From: Nannocystales bacterium
GTDB lineage: Bacteria > Myxococcota_A > Polyangia > Nannocystales > Nannocystaceae
Direction: 5' to 3'
Assembly: GCA_050633305.1 (NCBI GenBank)
Contig: JBOEGF010000005.1
Span: 352,001 to 416,000 of the forward strand
DNA length: 64,000 bases
Position 1 is the first letter of the stretch. Every line of letters begins with the position of its first letter. A program made the translations under genes and the position numbers. Below are positions 38,319-48,216 of this stretch, in pieces. Under the pieces are notes generated by a model that was given only the letters and a program-made list of their open reading frames with translations, was not told the DNA's origin and made no database searches.

Positions 38319-39698
38319 GTGCCCGACGCGAAAGACAACGGCCGCCTCCTCGTCGTTGAGGATGATCAAGACCTTCGAGAACTCCTCAGCGCGGGCTTAA
38401 CCGCGCACGGGTTCTCGGTCGAGAAAGCGGGATCCGCCGAGGCGTCACTCAAGCAGCTCGAGTCCGAGCGCTTCGATGTGGTCCTGGTGGACTTGAATCT
38501 CCCCGGTATGAGCGGCCTGGAACTCTGTTCACGGGTGGTGGCAGAAACCACCTCCGCTGTCGTGATCATGACGGCGTTCGCGTCGATCAAGAGCGCGGTC
38601 GAGGCGATGAGGGCTGGGGCCTACGACTACATTCTCAAGCCGCTCGACGTCGACGCGGTCGCCCTCCGGCTCGGACGTGTCGTCAAGGAGCGATGGATTC
38701 ACGAGGAGGCCCGCCGCTTGCGGGACGTCGTGCATCCCACGGGCGGCTTCGGCAGCCTCACCGGAACGAGCGCTCCGATGCAGCGGATCTACGACCTGTT
38801 GGGTCGGGCCGCGCCGTCGGAGGCGTCGGTGTTGATCACCGGCGAGAGCGGGACGGGCAAAGAGCTGGCTGCGCGTGCGTTGCATGATCACAGCAACCGC
38901 CGGGACGGACCGTTCGTCGCCCTCAACTGCTCGGCCGTCCCCGAGCAGCTCATCGAGAGCGAGTTGTTCGGCCACGCGCGAGGCTCGTTCACCGACGCAC
39001 GGAACGATCGCGTGGGTCTCTTTGCCCAGGCCAACGGTGGAACGTTGTTTCTCGACGAGATCGGAGAGATCCCCGGGCCGATGCAAGCCAAGCTTCTGCG
39101 GGCGCTCGAGGAGCGGCGGGTTCGACCCGTCGGCTCCAACAAGGAGATGGAGATTGATGTCCGCATCGTCGCGGCGACGAACCGTGACCTCGAGGCTTGG
39201 GCCGAGCAGGGGCGTTTCAGGGAAGACCTCTACTTCCGGATCAATGTCATCCACGCCCAGCTTCCCCCGCTACGCGCTCGTGGCACGGACGTACTGCTGC
39301 TGGCGCAACACTTCCTGCGTCGGTTCTCCGCGCAGGAGGCCAAGGAGGTCAACGGAATCGACCCGGTTGCCGCGCAGCGTCTGTGCGACTACGAGTGGCC
39401 AGGCAACGTCCGGGAGCTTCGCAACTGCATCGAGCGCGCGGTCGCATTGACGCGGTTTGCAGAGCTGTCCCTCGAGGACCTCCCCGAGCGCATCCGAACC
39501 TTCAAACGGTCGCATGTTGTGGTGGCATCGGACGACCCGTCCGAACTCGTGCCGATCGAGGAGGTCGAACGCCGCTACATCATGCGAGTGCTCGAAGCCG
39601 TCGGCGGCAGCAAGACCGCCGCCTCGAAGATCCTCGGTCTCGATCGGAAGACGCTTTATCGACGGCTCGAGCGCTACAAGGCGCAGGGCCTCACGTGA
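38319..39698 (+). CDS. Sigma54-dependent response regulator (NtrC/AtoC family; REC-AAA+-Fis HTH)
   Basis: GTG after GGGAGG; VDLNLPGMSG, GESGTGKE, ESELFGHARGSFTDA, LFLDEIGE, WPGNVREL, LGLDRKTLYRRL. Confidence 0.95.
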   Translation: MPDAKDNGRLLVVEDDQDLRELLSAGLTAHGFSVEKAGSAEASLKQLESERFDVVLVDLNLPGMSGLELCSRVVAETTSAVVIMTAFASIKSAVEAMRAGAYDYILKPLDVDAVALRLGRVVKERWIHEEARRLRDVVHPTGGFGSLTGTSAPMQRIYDLLGRAAPSEASVLITGESGTGKELAARALHDHSNRRDGPFVALNCSAVPEQLIESELFGHARGSFTDARNDRVGLFAQANGGTLFLDEIGEIPGPMQAKLLRALEERRVRPVGSNKEMEIDVRIVAATNRDLEAWAEQGRFREDLYFRINVIHAQLPPLRARGTDVLLLAQHFLRRFSAQEAKEVNGIDPVAAQRLCDYEWPGNVRELRNCIERAVALTRFAELSLEDLPERIRTFKRSHVVVASDDPSELVPIEEVERRYIMRVLEAVGGSKTAASKILGLDRKTLYRRLERYKAQGLT

Positions 39699-39730
39699 GC
39701 AACGCGGCGGAAGCGGGACATGGCCCCGTC

Positions 39731-39759
39731 GGGGCACCGAGCCCCGGGCACGGTGTCCT
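39731..39759. promoter_or_regulatory. Tandem putative enhancer sites
   Basis: GGGGCACCGAGCCCC and CGGGCACGGTGTCCT, similar to the 38205 palindrome. Confidence 0.45.
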
Positions 39760-39797
39760 GCTTTCGTCGGAACTGGCCGACCTTTTGTGGTGAGTGG

Positions 39798-39814
39798 TTG
39801 GCCCGACGCATGCA
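39798..39814 (+). promoter_or_regulatory. Putative sigma54 promoter of the receiver-Hpt pair
   Basis: TTGGCCCGACGCATGCA (GG-N10-GC), followed by GGAGG and the GTG at 39837. Confidence 0.6.
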
Positions 39815-39836
39815 AATCTCGAAGGGTGGAGGCGGA

Positions 39837-40217
39837 GTGGTGGCGATTCGCAAGGTGGTGCTGTGCGACGATGATCCCGATATTCGGGCGATTGGCGAGA
39901 TCTCTCTCCGCGATGTGGGCGGGTGGGATGTCGTGTGTGTGAACGATGGCTTCGCGGCGGTGGAGGCGGCTCGGGCGGAGATGCCGGACCTGATCCTGCT
40001 GGACATCATGATGCCGAGGCTCGATGGCCCGGGCACGTTCGCGAAGCTCCGGGAGGATCCGCAGTGCAGTGCGATCCCCGTTGTCTTCATGACCGCGAAG
40101 GCGCAGTCACACGAGCTGCGCGGATACACGGACCTCGGTGCGGCCGGAGTCATCGCGAAGCCCTTCGACCCGCTCACACTGCCCGAGCAGATTCGCGCGC
40201 TGGTGGAGACACCATGA
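39837..40217 (+). CDS. Single-domain response regulator (CheY-like)
   Basis: VLCDDD, LLDIMMP, FMTAK, AKPFDP. ATGA-coupled to the Hpt gene. Confidence 0.92.
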   Translation: MVAIRKVVLCDDDPDIRAIGEISLRDVGGWDVVCVNDGFAAVEAARAEMPDLILLDIMMPRLDGPGTFAKLREDPQCSAIPVVFMTAKAQSHELRGYTDLGAAGVIAKPFDPLTLPEQIRALVETP

Positions 40218-40525
40218 GTTCGGACGCATCCAAGGCCGCCGCGCGAGACAAGCTCGCCGCGCTTCGCAACGGCTTCGCAACGAGGCTGCGTGAGCGGGTG
40301 CGCGTGCTCGAGGATGCGGTCGAGGCTGCGTGTTCTCGAGACGATCTCGGCGTGCGTCAGACCGAGGCGCTCGCCCATCAACTCGCTGGGACCGCGGGGT
40401 CATACGGGTTCGTCGAGGTTGGGGAGCTCTCGGCCGAACTCGAGGCGCTGTGTCAGGCCGGGTTTGAGCCGGATGCGGCAAGGGCGATCATCGAGCGTCT
40501 TTGGACCGCGCTCGGACGCCCCTGA
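40214..40525 (+). CDS. Stand-alone Hpt phosphotransfer protein
   Basis: ALAHQLAGTAGSYGF...LSAELE. Confidence 0.88.
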   Translation: MSSDASKAAARDKLAALRNGFATRLRERVRVLEDAVEAACSRDDLGVRQTEALAHQLAGTAGSYGFVEVGELSAELEALCQAGFEPDAARAIIERLWTALGRP

Positions 40526-40606
40526 GGCCCGCCTCCCAAACAGATCGGCCCCGTGCGAGTACGCTCCGGGGCCGACGATGCTGCGCCCCCGGTCGGGGTC
40601 CGCAGG

Positions 40607-41992
40607 CTACTCGTCCTGCAGCTTGAACTCGATCCGGCGGTTCTCTGCCCGCCCGGACTTCGTGTCGTTGTCGGCGATCGGCTCGTCTGGCCCCAAGCCC
40701 TTGGTCTCGATGCGAGATGAGTCGATCCCCGCATCCACGAAGTACTGCTTCACAGCGTCGGCCCGGCGCTCCGAGAGGTCCACGTTGGAGGTCCGCGATC
40801 CCACGGAGTCGGTGTGCCCCGAAACCTCGATACGAATCTCGGGGTACTTGTTGAGGACCCGAATCGCGCGCTTGAGCACCTTGTAGCTGTCGCGCCGGAT
40901 GGTGGCCTTGCCCGAGGCGAAGTTGATACCCTTGATGACGCCGTTGAACTCCTCGATCTCGGCGGGCCGTTCGTCGGGGCAGCCGTCCTTGTCCTTGAAC
41001 TTGTTGTAGTTCTCGGCCTCGTCCGGGCAGGAGTCGTCTCGGTTCATGATGCCATCGCCGTCGTCGTCGGGGATGGGACAGCCGCCGGGGTTGTCGCTCC
41101 ACTGCGTGGGACAGCGGTCGCGGCTGTCCGGAATTCCGTCGGCGTCGGAGTCCTTCTCCTTGGTGGGGCATCCGTCGTTGCCGTCTCCAGCCTCGTCCGG
41201 GCACACGTCGTAGAAGTCGGGAACGCCGTCGTCGTCGGAATCACTGCGTCGGCCGCCTCCCTTGCCGTTGCGAATGCGTTTGAACCGGAGCGTGACATCG
41301 AGGCCGAGCAAGAGCTCGCCGTGGTGGGCCCGCTCGCCGTCGTTGCCTCCGCCCTCGACGATGTGTCGGCCATCGAGTCGGAGCGCGATCCACTTGTTGA
41401 TGTGGGCCTTGACCCCGGGTCCCCAGTGGAAAACGCCCTCCGCGGCTTGCAGAAGCGGGTCACTTGAACGGATGCCGAGCAGGCCGCCGCCGAGGACGAG
41501 GGTGGGGGTGATGCGGTAGGGCAGCTGCCCGACGATATGACCGCGGAATGTCCAGAACGCGCCGTTGGTGTCGCGTTGCGGGGCTCGGGTGGGCATGGCG
41601 CCGCCTTCGAGGCCAATACCGACGAACCGGATCGGGAAGTACGTCGCACGACCGCCGATGTCGGCGTTGGTCTTGTTTACGAACGGTTGCGTGTCGACTC
41701 CCTGGTCGAACAGGCCGTGGTTGTCCGCCCGAAAGAACAATCCTCCGTACAGCCCGAGGTCGAGCTCGTTGTTCTCAGGGGCCCACCGTTGCATCCACGG
41801 CTTTTCGCGCTCCGCCTCGACCTCTTCGGACGCCTTCTTCTTTTTCTCAGCCTTCCCCAACGCCTTGCCCCCCTTTGCAGAGAATTCAACCTTTCCCTCC
41901 GCTGAAGGGGCGGCTCGAGCGGTCCCGGGAAGGAGTGCCGCGGAGGCGAGGGTGCAAAGCGTAGTTGGGAGCAGCGTTCGAAGGACGTTCAT
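40607..41992 (-). CDS. OmpA family protein (N-terminal barrel, TSP3 Ca-binding repeats, OmpA C-terminal domain)
   Basis: DxDxDGxxD..D.CP repeats; INFASGKATI, GHTDSVG, NVDLSERRADAV, NRRIEF. Confidence 0.93.
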   Translation of the reverse strand: MNVLRTLLPTTLCTLASAALLPGTARAAPSAEGKVEFSAKGGKALGKAEKKKKASEEVEAEREKPWMQRWAPENNELDLGLYGGLFFRADNHGLFDQGVDTQPFVNKTNADIGGRATYFPIRFVGIGLEGGAMPTRAPQRDTNGAFWTFRGHIVGQLPYRITPTLVLGGGLLGIRSSDPLLQAAEGVFHWGPGVKAHINKWIALRLDGRHIVEGGGNDGERAHHGELLLGLDVTLRFKRIRNGKGGGRRSDSDDDGVPDFYDVCPDEAGDGNDGCPTKEKDSDADGIPDSRDRCPTQWSDNPGGCPIPDDDGDGIMNRDDSCPDEAENYNKFKDKDGCPDERPAEIEEFNGVIKGINFASGKATIRRDSYKVLKRAIRVLNKYPEIRIEVSGHTDSVGSRTSNVDLSERRADAVKQYFVDAGIDSSRIETKGLGPDEPIADNDTKSGRAENRRIEFKLQDE

Positions 41993-42020
41993 GCGCGAGT
42001 ACCGTGGTCGTCCAGAGTCC

Positions 42021-42036
42021 TGCAAGCTCTAGACCG
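42021..42036 (-). promoter_or_regulatory. Possible sigma54 promoter of the OmpA gene
   Basis: Minus strand CGGTCTAGAGCTTGCA (GG-N10-GC with TTGC). A GGGGCA half-site lies at about 42097. Confidence 0.35.
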
Positions 42037-42429
42037 TCGTAGTCTACGCACGACACGCTCGGTTACCAAACTCAGCCGCTCTATCCTTGTCCCTTTGGGG
42101 CAGATTGGGACGGGGCCTGCCGATGTTGTCTCGGCATGAGTCGGATGTTCGGGGGCCGGTGTCCTGCGAAGGCAGGAGGTCCGACGGCCGACGCGAGGGG
42201 GATGACCGTCAGAACTCACCGTCGTCGAGGTCGGGTACGCCACGGCGCGGAGGTTCCGAGGACCGGCGTGCCTGGTGCGTCCTGGGCCCAACAGACCTCC
42301 GGGTGACGTTGGTGTATTTCAGTTCGCAGGATCGTCCGGAACGACCCCGCCAAGCACAGGATTTCCGTCGTCTGGGTTTGACGCAACACTCGCGCTGTTC
42401 CGAAGTTCTCGGTTCCGGCACAGTGAGGC

Positions 42430-42828
42430 ATGACCATCTCCGTCCTGGTTGTCGACGATGACGCGGACCTGCGTCGCGGGCTACGGGCACTGCTGGAGGT
42501 GCACGGTCTCGAGGTGCTCGATGCAGGCACGTTGCGCGAGGCGGATGCGCTGGCTCGTCTCTACGAGCCGGCCCTTCTGGTGGTGGACGGGGTGTTGCCC
42601 GACGGCAATGGAATCGAGTGGATTTCGATCCTCCGCTCGGAAGGTATGGCGACCGAGGTCATCTTCATGTCCAACATCCTCGCGAAGGGGCGGTGGCTCG
42701 GAGTTCTGGGAAAGCTTGGTGTCCGTCACCGGATCAACAAGCGGGAGACCCCGCTCGAGCGCATCGCAGAGATCGTGGTGCAGTCGATGCCGCTCAAGGG
42801 CCAGCATCGAATTGGGGACGACCCGTAG
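42430..42828 (+). CDS. Single-domain response regulator
   Basis: VLVVDDD, VVDGVLPDGNG, IFMS; GAGG RBS. Confidence 0.85.
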   Translation: MTISVLVVDDDADLRRGLRALLEVHGLEVLDAGTLREADALARLYEPALLVVDGVLPDGNGIEWISILRSEGMATEVIFMSNILAKGRWLGVLGKLGVRHRINKRETPLERIAEIVVQSMPLKGQHRIGDDP

Positions 42829-42851
42829 GGGACGGCCCCCCGGCTTCGGTC

Positions 42852-43970
42852 CTATCGTGAGAGCGTAAATCGCTGAACCTCGTTGCTCTCGGCGATGAGG
42901 ACGAGGTCGTGATTCGGCCCGACCAGTGCGACGCCCTCCCACTGGTTGGGCGAGAGCATCAGTTCGCCGAGAATGGTTCCATCGCCGGAGGGGTCGAGCT
43001 GAATCACGCGCGTCCCGGTGTGCGAGATGATCAACACGTTGCCGTCGCGTGCGTCGAATGCGATGCCCGCGAGGTCCAGAGAACTGCCGGAGCCGGGCAA
43101 GGCTTCGTCCGCGATGAACGGCTCCTCAACGGTGAGAGCGGCGTCGTTCCAGTCGAGGTCTTCGTCTGTCACGTCCGGCCGCGCGAAGCGGAAGAACCTG
43201 CGAGGGGCGTTGGGGTCCTGTCCCTCGCCCACAGCGTAGAACACCTCCGCTGCGGGGTCGTAGGTGATCCCTTCGAGTCCGTTGTTGCCGACCGGCGGTG
43301 GTGGCGCGAGTGTCAGCGTTTGTTTGACCGCGACGGAGACGCTTTCATCGCCATCGGGGACGTCGGCGATGTAGACGCCGTAGCCCCCCTCAAAGGCGAC
43401 CGCAACCTCGCCGCCGCCGAGGTAGGTGAGGCCTTCTGTGTCGTTCCCGTTGATCCCACCGAGGCTGATTGAGCGAATCGGGGCGGAGAAGTCGTCCGCG
43501 GGGTACTCGAAGAATCGTGCGGCGCCGTTCTGCACGACCCACACGCGGTCGGTGTCGTAGTTCCAGGTGACGCCAGACGCATCGTCTCCGGGCGCGGGGA
43601 GGGAGGTGGTGGGCCCGGCTTCTTCATACTCGGAGACGTTGACCGGGGTGTTGGACCCCGACGTTGCCTCGCCGGACCCAGTCGTTTCATCTCCGGAGGA
43701 AGAGCCGGTCTCGACGGAACTGGAGGCGGTTGTCGGGGCGTCCGTGCTGGTCCCGGAAGTGGAAGGGTCCTGACTCGTGGCGCTGGTGGCCCCCGTGGCC
43801 GTGGCGCCTGCGGACGAGCCCTCCGTAGGGTCGCCGGACGAGCTGTCGAACCCACCTGTCGATGCGGCCGCAGTCTCGGTGTTCCCGGAGGGGGTCTCTG
43901 CATCGTCGGCGCATGCGAGGAGCGCGACCGAGGGAAGAAGAAGGACGAAGACAGACCGTGACAAGCTCAT
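42852..43970 (-). CDS. SdiA-regulated (YjiK-like) beta-propeller lipoprotein
   Basis: Lipobox LLAC, S/T linker, repeats ASGVTW, DTEGLTY, GLEGITY, DLAGIAF, QWEGVA. Confidence 0.8.
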   Translation of the reverse strand: MSLSRSVFVLLLPSVALLACADDAETPSGNTETAAASTGGFDSSSGDPTEGSSAGATATGATSATSQDPSTSGTSTDAPTTASSSVETGSSSGDETTGSGEATSGSNTPVNVSEYEEAGPTTSLPAPGDDASGVTWNYDTDRVWVVQNGAARFFEYPADDFSAPIRSISLGGINGNDTEGLTYLGGGEVAVAFEGGYGVYIADVPDGDESVSVAVKQTLTLAPPPPVGNNGLEGITYDPAAEVFYAVGEGQDPNAPRRFFRFARPDVTDEDLDWNDAALTVEEPFIADEALPGSGSSLDLAGIAFDARDGNVLIISHTGTRVIQLDPSGDGTILGELMLSPNQWEGVALVGPNHDLVLIAESNEVQRFTLSR

Positions 43971-44037
43971 GCGAGGACAAGACGTGCGGCGGAGTGCACA
44001 TGGCTCGTTTTTCTTGGACTCCGGCGGGGGGGGAGCG

Positions 44038-46128
44038 CTAGGGCGCATGCTCCACGTACGCGATGCCGCTGAGGCCTGCTTCGTACTCCGCCCGAACGGC
44101 GAAGCTGGAGCATCCGGAGTCGTCCACGAACACGAGCTGGGACTCAGGCACCGACGCGAGCTCCTGTTCCGCACCTCCGTCCATGCACGAGACTCTCCAG
44201 CCGATGACCGCATCTCGCCGCTCGCTGCTGTGGTGTTCCCAAGCCACGCGTTGGCCGTTCGGCACGGTCTTCACCCGGACGACCAAGGGGGGGATGAGGT
44301 CATCGAGGTAGCCCCAGAAGTACTCCGACATGGATTCTCCTTCGGCGGTTGCACCGCGATCGCCTCGAAGGTCCATCGTTCCACCACCCACGGTGATCGC
44401 CGCTGGGTTGTGGTAGCTCGCCATGTTGCGCGCGATGATGTCCTCGCCAGGGATGGGCCATCGTCTTGTCTGGGTCAACTCGTCGTACCCGTCGTCGCCG
44501 TAGAACGTGTCCGAACGCCCGCGAAAGTAGAGCTGGGATGAGGGAAGGTACTGAGGGGCCTCGCCCTGGTCGGCTGTTCCCGACACGTCCCAGAGCACGA
44601 CGCTGCTCGTCATGTCGATGTTGTCGAGGAATGCCGCGCCCTGGGTTCCACCTCCGAAGCCCCGTGCCAGGCCGAAGAACGAGTTCTCGACCCGGACCGG
44701 CTTGTCCGACTGAAGGAGCCATGCGCCGCAACGGTTGGACTGCGGGGTGCAGGTCCCCTCGGAGTCGTAGGAGACGATGTGGTCCCAGACATGGGTTCGT
44801 CCGGCGCCTTGGTCCATCAAGGATAGGGACAGGTCGTTGTTGACCGCGAGCAGACCCGAGGACGCCAACGTGGCGGGCATGCTCTCGCAGTTCGTCGCGG
44901 GAAACGCCGAGAGACCCGCGTAGTTGTTGTAGTGCGGGGCGGTCTCCGCGAGAGAATCGAACACCGTGTTGTCCTGACTGAGATGCTGGGCATCGCAGTA
45001 GTCGCTGAACCCACCGTACGGCTGGTCTCCGCGGTGTTCGTCCAGGCGGACGAGGGAACGCCGGGTGAGCGATGCATCGGAGGAGCGCGTCATGATCCCG
45101 TAGCGGTTGTGACCCCAGTCGTAGCTGTTCTGGATCAGGGGCGAGCCTCCGTTGACGCGGAGTCCGGCTTGCGAGCAAACGCCCTCGGATGCCTCCTGGA
45201 AGTTCGAGCAGGGGCGCCCTTCGGTCCCGGTCCCCTGAGTTCCCATGAAGTCCAGCAGGATGCGGGAGTCGGTAGAGGCCATGAAGGAGGCTCGCAGGGC
45301 GTCTCGTGAGACGAAACCAACGAGCGCGACGTACTGCGGCCCTTCGAGCTGAAACCCGTTCTTCTGGGTCGGAATGCCGTCGTGCGCCTCGCCGGTCACC
45401 TCGACACCACCGGGTGTGCGGGCGATGACCGTACTGAACTGCCCCGCGACTCCGGCGGTTGGGGTGGTTTCCTTGAAGGCGTTCTCGTAGCTCTCGTCGC
45501 CGCTCGTCGAGATCGGGTAGATGCCGTCGGGAAAGACGATCGTGTCACCGCTGGCCATCGTAAGGCTGGCGTCTCGAAGGTTTGGCGAGAGGCCGTCTTC
45601 CCCGGCAACCCGCAATCGGCTGCTGCCGGTGTTGTCCACGTGCACGACCATCGACGCGTAGGCCGAACCGGCGTAGTTGCTGCACTTGATGCGGATGTGA
45701 AACCCGCGGCCAAATGTGAGACCCGTCGTGTCCCATCGGATGTGGCCGGTTTCAGGGTCCACCTCGACATCGTCGTCGCCCAGGTCCTTTCGGCAGACCG
45801 CGACCTCGCCGTCGATGGTGGGTGTGAACTCGAACGTGTCGCCCAGGCGGACCTCGTGCAGCCCCATGTCCTCGATCGTGGGCGGCTGGGTGGGAACGGA
45901 GCCGTCCCCGGGGTCGGTGGCCGAGTCCGAGCTGTCTGCCCCCGTTTCGCCTGCGGACGAGGACGCGGACGCCGACCCTCCAGCTCCCTCTGTCTCGCTC
46001 GGGTTCGTGGCTGCAGAGCCCCCGGTGTCGGTTCCTCCCCCAAGCTGCTCATCGGAGGGGGATGAACACCCCGTGGCGAGGACTCCGAGTCCCAGGATCG
46101 TCGAGTACAGCGGGGTGCGGGCGTGCAT
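44038..46128 (-). CDS. Large lipoprotein with Ig/cadherin-like domain and probable beta-helix region
   Basis: Lipobox ATGC, S/G/A linker, VDPETGHIRW, MASGDTIVFPDGIY (typical beta-helix start), Fn3-like end. Confidence 0.65.
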   Translation of the reverse strand: MHARTPLYSTILGLGVLATGCSSPSDEQLGGGTDTGGSAATNPSETEGAGGSASASSSAGETGADSSDSATDPGDGSVPTQPPTIEDMGLHEVRLGDTFEFTPTIDGEVAVCRKDLGDDDVEVDPETGHIRWDTTGLTFGRGFHIRIKCSNYAGSAYASMVVHVDNTGSSRLRVAGEDGLSPNLRDASLTMASGDTIVFPDGIYPISTSGDESYENAFKETTPTAGVAGQFSTVIARTPGGVEVTGEAHDGIPTQKNGFQLEGPQYVALVGFVSRDALRASFMASTDSRILLDFMGTQGTGTEGRPCSNFQEASEGVCSQAGLRVNGGSPLIQNSYDWGHNRYGIMTRSSDASLTRRSLVRLDEHRGDQPYGGFSDYCDAQHLSQDNTVFDSLAETAPHYNNYAGLSAFPATNCESMPATLASSGLLAVNNDLSLSLMDQGAGRTHVWDHIVSYDSEGTCTPQSNRCGAWLLQSDKPVRVENSFFGLARGFGGGTQGAAFLDNIDMTSSVVLWDVSGTADQGEAPQYLPSSQLYFRGRSDTFYGDDGYDELTQTRRWPIPGEDIIARNMASYHNPAAITVGGGTMDLRGDRGATAEGESMSEYFWGYLDDLIPPLVVRVKTVPNGQRVAWEHHSSERRDAVIGWRVSCMDGGAEQELASVPESQLVFVDDSGCSSFAVRAEYEAGLSGIAYVEHAP

Positions 46129-46163
46129 CGGGGAGTAGACGCCGGGCCACAGGGCGATGGCTC

Positions 46164-46189
46164 AAAAAACTCCGGGGGCCGGGAACGGC
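46164..46189 (-). terminator. Possible intrinsic terminator after the DUF6029-like gene
   Basis: Minus strand GGCCG-TTCC-CGGCC, then CCCGGAG and T6. The U-tract is offset from the stem. Confidence 0.3.
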
Positions 46190-46211
46190 CGCAAACAGCG
46201 CGTGCCTGGCG

Positions 46212-48212
46212 CTAGAAGCTGAACACGAGCTCGCTTCGCACGCCTTCGAAGTCGGGCAGCGTGCGACATGAGCCGTTCACACAAACCCGCCCTCCGACCT
46301 GCCGACCGGCGAAGATTCGGATGAAACTGGAGCCCCAGAAGTTGATCTGTGCCTGCATGCCCGGCCAGAGATGAGGGCGGCACGTGGAGCCTGAGCCCCC
46401 GCTACATTCTTCGTCGGTCAGCGAAGGTTCACCAGGCGGTGTTGGAAGCTCGGTATCGAAACCCTGCAGGTAGGTGACCGAGAACCACGGGCTCATGCTG
46501 TAGCCGAATGTGAACAACCCGCGGAAGAAGTCCTCGCGTTGACCGACGGTCGCCAGGTTTTCCCAGCGTCCCTCTCCGCGGAAGGCCAGTGCGTGAACCA
46601 GGGCGCCTGTGCGGGCAACAGGGACGGTGACGTAGAACTCGGCATGGGGAAAGCGTCGCCGCAGTGCTCCTTCGCCCGGGGTCGGCTCGCGGAGCCACCG
46701 CTCGTACCGATAGCCGGCGGAGACCTGGGCGACGAGGTCGGACTTGGGCTTGCGAAAAATGATGCCACCAAAGTTGTGGGTTGCGAGCAGCCCTTCGCTG
46801 TCCTCGAGGCCAAACTGGTCCTGTCGTTCGTTCTGCGCATAGGCATAGGCGAGGGTGTTTCCAAACACCGTCAGTCCGCGTTCGCGCCACGTGTGGTCGA
46901 CGCGCATCCGTCCGCCGGTCGCGTTGAGGTTGCCCGGAACCTGCTGGTCTTCCCGCTCGAGTGTGGGATTCTCGGTGTACTGCAGCAGGGCGTTCTGGCC
47001 GACCGCCAGCAGGTAGTCGCGGTAATGTTTGCCCTCGACGAGGATGGTTGTCGTGCCCGTGTAAAACGTGTTCGAGCTGTAGAGGCTGTACCCGTTGTAG
47101 CCCTGGGATTCGAATTCGGTTCCTGCCAGGTTCGGGTTCCGCATCAGGCCGCTCGCGCCGACGAACGTGTCCCAGACGCCTCCGATCCGAGCGCGGCCGA
47201 TGTCGCCTCCGAACTGATGCAGGTACTCGTCGATGACCCCCGCCGTCACCTCGTCGCCAAAGTCGAGGTAGACGTAGTTCGCTCCCACATCGACGCGTCC
47301 GGGCAACGGAACCTCGACGCGGCCGCCCGCAAGGAAGTCCGAGCACACCGTCCACAACGGGTTGCCCGTATCGGGGTCGATGGCCCCATCGACGTCGCAT
47401 CCGGCTTCGTTGGCGTCTTGACTGAAGGTATAGGACTTGGCGGGGTACCCGGGGTCGGAGATCAGTTGGCGTGTGGCGAAGTCGCTGTTCTGGCGGTTGG
47501 CGAAGCCCGCGATCGCGGTCGCGCGGATGGGTTTGGTGCGGACATCGACTCGGCCACCTTTGATGGTTGCGTCGACCCCGATCTCGTCGATCTTCCGGAC
47601 GGACAGGCCCAACCCGCGCCCCATGTTGACGTTGAAGTCCCCGCCGTACGCGCTGACGTGTTTGGTGTCGAGTCGGACCGTGGCTCGCTCGAGTCTGACG
47701 TCGCCCTCCACGGGAACACATGTGCCCATCGCCTCGGAGCAGCCCCTGTCTTCGGTGAACCAGATGTTCTGCGAGTCCAGTCGGAACTGAGTGCCGAGAG
47801 TGGCTCGTTTCATCCTCGTGTCCTGGCCGAGGTTGAGGCGGTTCACGAGGGAGACGAAGTTGTCGTCAGAACCCTCGGTGTTGTAGTTCTCGCGGTACCA
47901 CTCCGTGTACAGCGTGTTGCGGACCCAGGGCTGCACGACGGCTCCGCTCGCGGCCTCGAGCTTGGGGATGCGGGGGTTGAAGCTCTTCTTGGCCGACCGC
48001 CGAGCGTTGTCCGGCACGGGTTGCGCAGGGGGGGACGGGGACGTACCCGAGGAAGGCGGTGCGCCTGGTTTGGCGGGGGCGGTCTGGGCCGGAGGTTCGG
48101 GGGCTCCACGGACCTGCATCGGGCCACTGTATTGGCGTGCATCGTCTGGCGCGCCCCGGGCGACGGAGGGCGCCAGGAGGATGGCGACCCCGAGCACGCA
48201 ACGCAGAGTCAC
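46212..48212 (-). CDS. DUF6029-like outer-membrane beta-barrel protein
   Basis: Signal peptide; GDFNVNMGRGLGLSVRKIDEIGVD and C-terminal GRQVGGRVCVNGSCRTLPDFEG...F, as recalled for DUF6029 proteins; adjacent to TlpA genes. Confidence 0.7.
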   Translation of the reverse strand: MTLRCVLGVAILLAPSVARGAPDDARQYSGPMQVRGAPEPPAQTAPAKPGAPPSSGTSPSPPAQPVPDNARRSAKKSFNPRIPKLEAASGAVVQPWVRNTLYTEWYRENYNTEGSDDNFVSLVNRLNLGQDTRMKRATLGTQFRLDSQNIWFTEDRGCSEAMGTCVPVEGDVRLERATVRLDTKHVSAYGGDFNVNMGRGLGLSVRKIDEIGVDATIKGGRVDVRTKPIRATAIAGFANRQNSDFATRQLISDPGYPAKSYTFSQDANEAGCDVDGAIDPDTGNPLWTVCSDFLAGGRVEVPLPGRVDVGANYVYLDFGDEVTAGVIDEYLHQFGGDIGRARIGGVWDTFVGASGLMRNPNLAGTEFESQGYNGYSLYSSNTFYTGTTTILVEGKHYRDYLLAVGQNALLQYTENPTLEREDQQVPGNLNATGGRMRVDHTWRERGLTVFGNTLAYAYAQNERQDQFGLEDSEGLLATHNFGGIIFRKPKSDLVAQVSAGYRYERWLREPTPGEGALRRRFPHAEFYVTVPVARTGALVHALAFRGEGRWENLATVGQREDFFRGLFTFGYSMSPWFSVTYLQGFDTELPTPPGEPSLTDEECSGGSGSTCRPHLWPGMQAQINFWGSSFIRIFAGRQVGGRVCVNGSCRTLPDFEGVRSELVFSF

Positions 48213-48216
48213 CCGA

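Noticed and set aside
42040..42429. Small gene or ncRNA in the OmpA-receiver intergenic region
   Set aside because: Candidate ORFs are Arg/Pro-rich without an RBS or motifs, and I saw no recognisable RNA family. Treated as regulatory DNA.
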